Origin: Gammaproteobacteria bacterium
GTDB taxonomy: Bacteria; Cyanobacteriota; Vampirovibrionia; Vampirovibrionales; JAJTHC01
Length of the DNA: 64,000 bases
Direction: 5' to 3'
Assembly (NCBI GenBank): GCA_040375445.1
Contig: JBEISK010000004.1
Location: 2,115 to 66,114, forward strand
Part shown: piece by piece, positions 1-7,478 of the stretch
How the letters are laid out: each line of letters begins with the position of its first letter
How positions within the stretch are numbered: position 1 is the stretch's first letter
Translations under genes and position numbers: made by a program
The notes under the pieces: model-generated
Told to the model about the DNA's origin: nothing
The model's database searches: none
Seen by the model: the letters and a program-made list of their open reading frames with translations, nothing else

Positions 1-108
1 ACGCCCCACCCTGCGACGTCTTCTTCCACCTGCTTGGCGTATGCAGTGGCAGAAACCGCAAGGTTTGTTGCTAAGCCGAGTAAAAGAGCATAATGAAAAA
101 ACAAGCGG

Positions 109-135
109 TTGACACCTCCTTTTGTTCATTATACT
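109..135 (+). promoter_or_regulatory. putative sigma70-type promoter of the stand-alone tRNA-Ile
   Basis: TTGACA at 109-114 and TATACT at 130-135. The 15-nt spacer is shorter than optimal. The site lies about 38 nt upstream of the tRNA 5' end. Confidence 0.35.
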
Positions 136-172
136 GTATGGGGAGTGGTTGGGGCATCGTCCCCGCAGGTGA

Positions 173-242
<70 letters not shown>

Positions 243-246
<4 letters not shown>

Positions 247-290
247 TTTTTAGACCCACCAGCGTTTTTAGAACCATAGAGGTTTACATT
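243..290 (+). repeat. direct repeat DR-A copy 1 (att-like; overlaps the last 4 nt of tRNA-Ile)
   Basis: CCCATTTTTAGACCCAC...TTTTTAGAACC...TTACA recurs at 11793-11840. The core is a 17-bp perfect match, and the rest is imperfect. Confidence 0.8.
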
Positions 291-293
291 TAT

Positions 294-992
294 TTGTTTT
301 CAAAAGAACTAATAATAAAGTCGAGTTTTTTCAATCAGCAAGACTTACAACAAGTTTTTCTTGATCTTCAGACTATTGGGGAGAAAGTTAGTTTTGAGTT
401 AAAGTGCAACGATACTGTTGTGACTCTTTTTAGTGCTGAAGAAATTGAAGAAAGATTAAGTCGGCTAGACTTTCCTGTGAGTTCTATAGAAATCGTGGTG
501 GGTGAGGGCTACTCGGATCGCATTGTTTTTTTGTTAGAGTGTAATTATGTTGGAAACCTTTTTTATAACCGTGATAGTAGAGTTAGCATAAAATCTAAAG
601 ATGAATCATTTGTAAAAAAAAATGAGATTTTTTTAAATGGTATGCTTCGTAAGTACGAAACAGGTTTTCCGTATACGATTCTTTACAATCCAAAACTATT
701 CTCAGTTAAATGGTTTATAGTTGTGTTTTGTGTTCTTTACATGTTCAAATCTTCCACACTAGATATTATTTCTATTCTCTTTAGTGCTCTTGGTTTTAGT
801 TGGTGGATTATTATTATATTGGAAGTGGCATTGAAACTCTTCTTCCCTTATTTAGCCATTGAGACAGAAAGGGTTCGCCCCAAGTCAGTAAAGATAAAAG
901 AATTTTTCCAAACTAGATTTTTAGACATGCTTTTATCTGGTGTAATTGGCGTGATTCTTGGTGTGTTTGCACAACGCTATTTTGGTTGCTGA
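294..992 (+). CDS. orphan membrane protein (cassette ORF X1): about 130-aa soluble N-domain plus about 3 TM helices
   Basis: ORF track entry with a TTG start at 294 and no in-frame ATG near the 5' end. Visibly AT-rich. Hydrophobic stretches include FIVVFCVLYMF, ILFSALGFSWWIIIILEVAL and LLSGVIGVILGVF. It ends exactly where recombinase homology stops. Confidence 0.5.
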   Translation: MFSKELIIKSSFFNQQDLQQVFLDLQTIGEKVSFELKCNDTVVTLFSAEEIEERLSRLDFPVSSIEIVVGEGYSDRIVFLLECNYVGNLFYNRDSRVSIKSKDESFVKKNEIFLNGMLRKYETGFPYTILYNPKLFSVKWFIVVFCVLYMFKSSTLDIISILFSALGFSWWIIIILEVALKLFFPYLAIETERVRPKSVKIKEFFQTRFLDMLLSGVIGVILGVFAQRYFGC

Positions 993-1110
993 TCTCAAGT
1001 CCGTTGCGTTTGGCATATTCTTCCAAAAGCCTGATTTGGGCTGGAATGGAGTAGCCTTCTTTTTCTTGTTCTCTTGAGGAGACTCGGGCGTATAAGACGG
1101 CTGGCTTCAT
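993..1110 (-). pseudogene. large serine recombinase, N-terminal fragment (about 39 codons)
   Basis: MKPAVLYARVSSREQEKEGYSIPAQIRLLEEYAKRNGLEI matches the catalytic-Ser N-terminus of resolvase/invertase-type recombinases. Homology breaks at about 992, and the rest of track ORF 913..1110 is read-through. Confidence 0.75.
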
Positions 1111-1120
1111 GGGTTTTTCC

Positions 1121-1170
1121 TTTCATGTGTACTTATGATATTATATCCCAATATGCCTATTTTTTAAATC
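1121..1170. repeat. direct repeat DR-B copy 1 (recombinase promoter/5'UTR block)
   Basis: TTTCATGTGTACTTATGATATTATATCCCAATATGCCTATTTTTTAAATC recurs at 12498-12553. On the minus strand it carries TATAAT, and an AAGGA SD follows just outside the block, ahead of the recombinase ATG at 1110. Confidence 0.8.
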
Positions 1171-1187
1171 ACATGAAAGTTTAAATA

Positions 1188-4100
1188 ATGACCACAAGCA
1201 CGCCCACCAAAACCTTGCATGATGTACTTGAACAATTCAGAGCCATGAGTACCAGTGAACGACAAAAAGGCGACAAGTTTGAACGCCTGATGTGTGCTTT
1301 TTTCAATACCGACCCCACCTATAAAGATTTGTTTAGCAACGTGTGGATGCTCAATGAATGGGAGGGGCGAAAAAATCACGGCAATTCAGGAAACGATGTT
1401 GGGATTGACCTTGTCGCAGAAGAACGCAACACAGGCGATTTATGGGCGATTCAATGTAAGTTTTATGACCCTCATCATACGCTTCAAAAAACAGATATTG
1501 ATTCCTTTTTTACGGCTTCAGGGAAAGAACCGTTTCGCAAGCGAATGATCGTCACCACGACAAACCGATGGGGCAAGCACGCTTTAGAAGCTTGCGAAAA
1601 TCAACAGATCCCCACGATTCGCTTGGGTATAGAAGAATTGGCTGAAAGCAAAATCGATTGGAGCCAATTTAATCTAAATCGCTTGGACAAGCTAGATTTA
1701 ACGCCTGCTAAAAAGTTACGTGATCACCAAATAGAAGCCCTAGAAGCCGTTCAAAAAGGCTTTGAAACGGCGGATCGTGGCAAGCTGATTATGGCGTGTG
1801 GAACAGGAAAAACCTTTACCTCCTTGAAGATAGCCGAAACCGTGGCTCCTCAAAAAGGGACGGTGCTGTTTTTAGTGCCTTCGATTTCCCTGCTTTCACA
1901 AAGCTTGCGAGAATGGACGAATGAACGAGAACACCCCTTCCACGCTTTTGCCGTGTGTTCTGATACCAAAGTGGGCAAGCCTAGCAAAGGCAAAGATGAA
2001 AATGAAGACATTAGCATCACCGATTTATGCTTCCCTGCCACAACAGATGCTAAATCCTTGATGAAACAGTTTAATCTTGCAAATAAACTAGATTCTCGCT
2101 GGAATGTGGTGTTTTCAACGTATCAATCGATTGAAGCGGTGTCGAATGCCCAAAAAGCTGGCTTGCCCGAATTTGACATGATTATTTGTGATGAAGCCCA
2201 CCGAACCACAGGAGCCACCCTTTCAGGAGCGGATGAATCGCATTTTGTGAAAGTGCATGACAACGCCTTCATTAAAGCGAAAAAACGCTTGTACATGACC
2301 GCCACGCCTAAGCTGTTTAAAGATGAAGTCAAAGCCAAAGCCCTTGAGAACGATGCCCTGCTTTGTTCCATGGATGACGAAAGCCTTTACGGCGTTGAAC
2401 TTTACAGGCTAGGATTCGGTAAAGCCGTTGAAAAAGGTTTATTAAGCGATTACAAAGTGCTGATTTTAGCCGTGGATGAAGGCTATATTCCCAAAACCAT
2501 GCAAGCCATTTTAACCGATGAAGACAATCAACTTAAATTGGAAGATGTGGCTAAAATTACAGGCTGTTGGAATGGGCTTGCCAAGCGGAATGTACACACG
2601 GAAGACGGCATGGATATTGGCAAAAACCCCATGCGTCGAGCGGTGGCGTTTTCTCGTTCGATTGCCGATTCTAAGAAACTTACGAACTTTTTTGTGCAAG
2701 TCGTCAATGAACACATTAAGCATATCCCCAGTGAAACGGAACCCTTGCGTTGTGAGCTGGATCACGTCGACGGGGGGATGAACTCGCTGATTCGTAACGA
2801 AAAACTATCGTGGTTGAAAGAAGAGACGCATGGCAATGTATGCCGTATTTTAAGCAATGCCCGATGCCTTAGTGAAGGCGTGGATGTCCCTTCGCTTGAT
2901 GCCGTGCTGTTTTTGAACCCTCGTAATTCTATGGTGGATGTGGTGCAATCCGTAGGGCGAGTCATGCGAAAATCTGAAGGCAAGGATTATGGCTACATTA
3001 TTTTGCCGATCGGGATTCCTGCTGGTGTTCCCCCTGAAGAAGCCCTCAAAGACAATCAAAAATATAAAGTCGTGTGGGATGTTCTGCAAGCCTTGAGGGC
3101 TCACGACGATCGCTTTAATGCCACGATTAACAAAATCGAACTCAATCAAAAAAAGCCTGACAATGTGCAAGTCATCGGCGTGGGGAGTCCTGAACAAGAA
3201 TCCGATACGTCTAAAGAAAAAAAGGCGAAAGATGCACAACAACTTAATTTAGCCTTAGGCAATTTAGAAGAATGGCGAGATGCTATTTATGCCAAAATCG
3301 TAACCAAATGCGGAGAACGCAAGTATTGGGAAACATGGGCGAAAGATGTGGCACAAATTGCCGAACGCCACGTTCTACGATTGACCCAGTTAATGAATGA
3401 ACCCAACGCCCCCTATAAAGACGTGTTTGAACGCTTTGTGCAAGGCTTACGCTTGAATTTGAACCCGAGCATAAGTGAAGCCGATGCCATTGAAATGTTG
3501 GCTCAACATTTGATTACTAAGCCTGTGTTTGATGCCCTGTTTGAAAATTATGCGTTTACCGAAGCCAACCCTGTTTCGCAAGCCATGCAACATATGTTGG
3601 ATATTTTAGACGGGCAAGGCATGGAAAAAGAACATCAATCCCTTGAAAAGTTTTACGAAAGTATTAAAAGCAAAGTCAGTGGGGTAGACAACGCCCAAGG
3701 TAAGCAGAAAATCATTTTGGAATTGTACGACAAGTTTTTTAAAACGGCGTTTCCTAAAGTGGTTGAAAAGCTTGGCATTGTATACACCCCCGTGGAAGTG
3801 GTGGATTTTATTATTCATAGTGCCAATGATGCCCTACAAAAAGAGTTTGGCAAAAGTTTTGGCGATGCTGGTGTGCATGTGCTAGACCCCTTTACAGGCA
3901 CTGGCACGTTTATGGTAAGGCTTTTGCAAAGTGGATTGATACCCCAAGCGGATTTGGCGAGAAAGTACCAAGAAGAATTGCACGCCAATGAACTGGTTTT
4001 GCTGGCGTATTACATTGCGGCGATTAACATTGAAGAAACTTACCACGGCTTAATGGCAGAAGACCGCTACACCCCCTTTGAAGGCATGGTGTTGACCGAT

Positions 4101-6155
4101 ACCTTTCAATTGACGGAAGGCGACGGCAAAATTGAAGGCGTGTTTCCTGACAACAGCACCCGAGCCAACAAGCAACGCCACAACGATATTCGAGTGATTA
4201 TCGGCAATCCGCCTTATGCTAATGCCCAAGAGAACCCCAGTGGAGGAAATAAGCAAGTTGAATACAGAAATTTGGATGCTCGTTTAAAAGAAACCTACAT
4301 TTTTAATTCTAAAAAATCAGACGGAAAAAGTAAAGCTTACGATTCTTATATTCGAGCGATACGGTGGGCAAGCGACCGCTTGAAAGAAAAGGGCGTGATT
4401 TGTTTTGTGACCAATGGCAGTTTTTTAGACGGCAATGCCATGGACGGCTTGCGTAAATGCTTGGCGGATGAGTTCACCAGCGTGCATGTCTTCAACCTAC
4501 GAGGCAATACTCGCACCAGTGGAGAAACCGCTCGCCAAGAAGGGGGACAAATTTTTTCTTCGGGTAGCCGAGCGACCATTGCCATTACCTTACTCGTCAA
4601 AAACCCCGACCGTGCCTTAGAACCCTCTCCCTTAGGGAGAGGGCAGGGTGAGGGAAACCACCAGCTCCAGTCAAACAGGGAATCCCTCCTCCCAACCTCC
4701 TCCCTAAGGGAGGAGGGGCAAGAAAGGGAGGGAGCGAAACCCACCGCCGAAATCTACTATCACGACATTGGCGATTACTTGGATCGCAAAGAAAAGCTAC
4801 AAATCATTGCGGATTTTAAAAGTATGGCACAGCTCCCCATGAAACGCCTAAAACCCAATAGTAGTCATGACTGGATTAACCAACGAGACCCTGCCTTTGA
4901 TAGTTTTTTACCGCTAGGAATAAAACGGAATAGTGCCAAAGAAATCACTATATTTGATACGTTTTCAATGGGTGTAAAAAGTAACAGGGATGATTGGGTA
5001 TACAATTTTTCTGAAAAAATTCTAGAATGTAATGTGAAGACAATGGTTGATTATTATAATGAGCAAGTAGTAGCATTTGATTATAAAACAATGGGTATCA
5101 TAAAGTTTTTAGAAAAAACACCTTCTACAAAAATAAAATGGACTGAGGATCTCATTAAAGGAGTCGAAAAAGGAAAAAAACTAGCTATTGACCAAAACTC
5201 AAGAATCAAGAGCTTGTATAGACCTTTCACAAAAGTATTCCATCAATATGACAAAAGCATAAATTGGACATTACATCTAATGCCTCAATTTTTCCCGACG
5301 GCGGAACATGAGAATTTGCTCATTTGTACAAATGGTGTTGGAATGCCAAAAGATTTCCAGCCACTTATCTCAAATGTTGTGACAGATGTTCAACTACAGC
5401 CAAATGGTCAATGTTTCCCACTCTACACCTATGAAAAGGTGGCTGAACACACAGGGGTCAACACCCAAACGTCTTTACTGGCATCCGAAACAGGCACGCT
5501 CATCAACGGCTATCGCCGTAAAGACAACATCCCCGACACGCAACTTTCCCACTTTCAAAGCCTCTATGCCGACCCCAGCATCACGAAAGAAGACATCTTC
5601 TATTATGTCTATGGCGTCTTGCATTCGCCTGAATACAAGGAACGTTTTGAAGCGGATTTAAAGAAAATGTTGCCTCGCTTGCCTTTGACGAAAATCACGG
5701 CGGATTTTTGGCAATTTAGTAAAATTGGTCGTGAATTGGCGTATTGGCATTTGAATTATGAAAGCATCGAACCGTATGATTTAGAAGAAGTCAAACAGGG
5801 CTTGGTGCTAGACGAATACGACTTTTACCGAATCGACAAAATGAGCTTCCCCAAGGGTCAAAAATATGGCGACAAACCCGACACGATTATCTATAATAAT
5901 CGCTTAAGTTTACAGGGCATTCCTCCCCAAGCGTGGGATTATGTGGTCAATGGTAAGCCTGCCCTAAGCTGGATTATGGAACGTTATAAAGTTGATGTGC
6001 ATAAGGAAAGTCAGATTAAGAACGATCCGAACTTGTGGTGTGTGGAACAGGAAAACCCAAGGTACATCGTGGATTTGGTGAAGCGTGTGACTCGTGTGGC
6101 GGTGGAAAGCGTCCGTTTGGTTGCCATGCTCCCTGCCTTGAATGAACAAGTCTAG
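1188..6155 (+). CDS. Type ISP restriction-modification enzyme (Mrr-like nuclease + SF2 helicase-like ATPase + N6-adenine methyltransferase + TRD), LlaGI-like
   Basis: The N-terminal Mrr-type nuclease has GIDLVAEE...AIQCK. Helicase motifs are ACGTGKT, ICDEAH, TATP and QSVGRVMR. Methylase motifs are LDPFTGTGTF and IGNPPY. All lie in a single 1655-aa ORF. Confidence 0.88.
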   Translation: MTTSTPTKTLHDVLEQFRAMSTSERQKGDKFERLMCAFFNTDPTYKDLFSNVWMLNEWEGRKNHGNSGNDVGIDLVAEERNTGDLWAIQCKFYDPHHTLQKTDIDSFFTASGKEPFRKRMIVTTTNRWGKHALEACENQQIPTIRLGIEELAESKIDWSQFNLNRLDKLDLTPAKKLRDHQIEALEAVQKGFETADRGKLIMACGTGKTFTSLKIAETVAPQKGTVLFLVPSISLLSQSLREWTNEREHPFHAFAVCSDTKVGKPSKGKDENEDISITDLCFPATTDAKSLMKQFNLANKLDSRWNVVFSTYQSIEAVSNAQKAGLPEFDMIICDEAHRTTGATLSGADESHFVKVHDNAFIKAKKRLYMTATPKLFKDEVKAKALENDALLCSMDDESLYGVELYRLGFGKAVEKGLLSDYKVLILAVDEGYIPKTMQAILTDEDNQLKLEDVAKITGCWNGLAKRNVHTEDGMDIGKNPMRRAVAFSRSIADSKKLTNFFVQVVNEHIKHIPSETEPLRCELDHVDGGMNSLIRNEKLSWLKEETHGNVCRILSNARCLSEGVDVPSLDAVLFLNPRNSMVDVVQSVGRVMRKSEGKDYGYIILPIGIPAGVPPEEALKDNQKYKVVWDVLQALRAHDDRFNATINKIELNQKKPDNVQVIGVGSPEQESDTSKEKKAKDAQQLNLALGNLEEWRDAIYAKIVTKCGERKYWETWAKDVAQIAERHVLRLTQLMNEPNAPYKDVFERFVQGLRLNLNPSISEADAIEMLAQHLITKPVFDALFENYAFTEANPVSQAMQHMLDILDGQGMEKEHQSLEKFYESIKSKVSGVDNAQGKQKIILELYDKFFKTAFPKVVEKLGIVYTPVEVVDFIIHSANDALQKEFGKSFGDAGVHVLDPFTGTGTFMVRLLQSGLIPQADLARKYQEELHANELVLLAYYIAAINIEETYHGLMAEDRYTPFEGMVLTDTFQLTEGDGKIEGVFPDNSTRANKQRHNDIRVIIGNPPYANAQENPSGGNKQVEYRNLDARLKETYIFNSKKSDGKSKAYDSYIRAIRWASDRLKEKGVICFVTNGSFLDGNAMDGLRKCLADEFTSVHVFNLRGNTRTSGETARQEGGQIFSSGSRATIAITLLVKNPDRALEPSPLGRGQGEGNHQLQSNRESLLPTSSLREEGQEREGAKPTAEIYYHDIGDYLDRKEKLQIIADFKSMAQLPMKRLKPNSSHDWINQRDPAFDSFLPLGIKRNSAKEITIFDTFSMGVKSNRDDWVYNFSEKILECNVKTMVDYYNEQVVAFDYKTMGIIKFLEKTPSTKIKWTEDLIKGVEKGKKLAIDQNSRIKSLYRPFTKVFHQYDKSINWTLHLMPQFFPTAEHENLLICTNGVGMPKDFQPLISNVVTDVQLQPNGQCFPLYTYEKVAEHTGVNTQTSLLASETGTLINGYRRKDNIPDTQLSHFQSLYADPSITKEDIFYYVYGVLHSPEYKERFEADLKKMLPRLPLTKITADFWQFSKIGRELAYWHLNYESIEPYDLEEVKQGLVLDEYDFYRIDKMSFPKGQKYGDKPDTIIYNNRLSLQGIPPQAWDYVVNGKPALSWIMERYKVDVHKESQIKNDPNLWCVEQENPRYIVDLVKRVTRVAVESVRLVAMLPALNEQV
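4616..4742. repeat. MITE-like palindromic repeat inserted in frame inside the Type ISP gene
   Basis: CCCTCTCCCTTAGGGAGAGGGCAGGGTGAGGGAAACCACCAGCT...CCTCCTCCCTAAGGGAGGAGG. It has the same architecture as the intergenic copies at 50601 and 54576. It is translated as ...PSPLGRGQGEGNHQLQ...SSLREEGQ... Confidence 0.7.
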
Positions 6156-6161
6156 GGGGGA

Positions 6162-6668
6162 ATGATGAGATTTGATTTTTCTAAGTTTTGGAATAATCCG
6201 AATCTTTGGGTTCATGGGGTTCTATTATTAGTTTTGGGTATTTTTCTTAATTCGCATGTTGAATCTTGCAATGAAAAAGCTAAAGAGGAAATCTCGCCTG
6301 CCACGCTTCAAATCTTGCCCTATTTGCATCAAAAACAAGACTCTACCCTAGCAAAGAATATTTATGACGCATTAACAACAACAGAATTAGAAAAAATACA
6401 TATCGAATGGGAAAACACACCTGTTGTTCATGTATCCCCTCCCGAAATTGATAGTATTTACTGTACTCCTTCTAGTGCCAAACACGTTAGGAGTATTGTT
6501 GAGTTATTGCACAAGAAGAATATTATGAGAGTCGACGCGATTTTTCCTGCCCCAAAGCAACAATCAAGGCTTTTACTTTTTGGTCATAATAAAAATTATT
6601 CTGACAATACAAAAATTACGCCTCAAGAAATAGATAATGCACAAGCCCTTTGCACTAGAAAAAAATAA
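6162..6668 (+). CDS. orphan small membrane/secreted protein (AT-rich cassette ORF)
   Basis: The track ORF starts 6 nt after the R-M stop. N-terminal hydrophobic segment WVHGVLLLVLGIFL. No recognisable motifs. Confidence 0.45.
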   Translation: MMRFDFSKFWNNPNLWVHGVLLLVLGIFLNSHVESCNEKAKEEISPATLQILPYLHQKQDSTLAKNIYDALTTTELEKIHIEWENTPVVHVSPPEIDSIYCTPSSAKHVRSIVELLHKKNIMRVDAIFPAPKQQSRLLLFGHNKNYSDNTKITPQEIDNAQALCTRKK

Positions 6669-6680
6669 TGGCAATGCCCC

Positions 6681-7478
6681 TTGTGTGGCTATCCTGATAC
6701 GTTTGATCTTAAGGCGGAAGCTGGCAAGGTCTTACTTTATTGCCATGCCTGCCAAGCTCCCTTTGAAGCCTTCCTTCAGTATTTTCAATCGCTGGATTTA
6801 GGGCAAGCATCTAAGCCCTATAAAGCCATGCCACAAGCAAGCCTTGCGAAGGTCTCGCACACTAGCAAGCAAGAAACCTTGTCGTATGCCCAAGGCATAT
6901 GGGAGGCATCTAAAGCACTAGAAGGCACGCTTGCCGAACGCTATTTAGTATCAAGAGGCATCACGCTTAAAAACTTGGATGCCTTACGCTTTCATCCGTC
7001 TTTAAAGCATAGCGGAAGCCGTTTGTATCACCCTGCTTTAGTGGCGAAAATCACCACAGAAGACGGCGTGTTGACAGGCATCCACCGCACCTATCTCGCA
7101 TCAAACGGTAAAGGCAAGGCATCGGTTTTAGACCCCAAAATGATGCTAGGCAACACAAGGGGAGCAAACATCCATTTAAGCCCCCTCACAGGCGACACAC
7201 TCGCCGTATGTGAAGGGATTGAAACAGGGTTAAGCATCCTACAAATGACAGGCATCCCGACGTGGGCGTGTCTTTCCATTGCTGGCATGGCAAACCTTGT
7301 GATTCCTAAAAGCATTCGCACCTTGCTAATTTGTGGGGACAATGACCCATCAGGTATAACCGCCTCGCTTGCCTTAAAAGCCCGAGCGATTCAAGAAGGC
7401 TATGCCGTGAAACACATCACCCCCCAAGAAGCAGGCTTTGATTTTAACGATGTTTTACAAAAGGAGGCAACCCAATGA
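6681..7478 (+). CDS. Toprim-domain DNA primase with P4-type zinc ribbon (5' end probably truncated)
   Basis: The C4 ribbon is (C)PLCG...x17...CHAC. The Toprim region is LAVCEGIETGLS...LLICGDNDPSG. The only in-frame start is TTG 6681, which lies after the first Cys codon at 6675. Confidence 0.75.
   Translation: MCGYPDTFDLKAEAGKVLLYCHACQAPFEAFLQYFQSLDLGQASKPYKAMPQASLAKVSHTSKQETLSYAQGIWEASKALEGTLAERYLVSRGITLKNLDALRFHPSLKHSGSRLYHPALVAKITTEDGVLTGIHRTYLASNGKGKASVLDPKMMLGNTRGANIHLSPLTGDTLAVCEGIETGLSILQMTGIPTWACLSIAGMANLVIPKSIRTLLICGDNDPSGITASLALKARAIQEGYAVKHITPQEAGFDFNDVLQKEATQ

Noticed and set aside
1164-1548. Small ORFs 1164..1379 (minus) and 1294..1548 (plus, off-frame) at the 5' end of the R-M gene
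   Set aside because: Both overlap the strongly supported Mrr-nuclease coding region and have no independent support.
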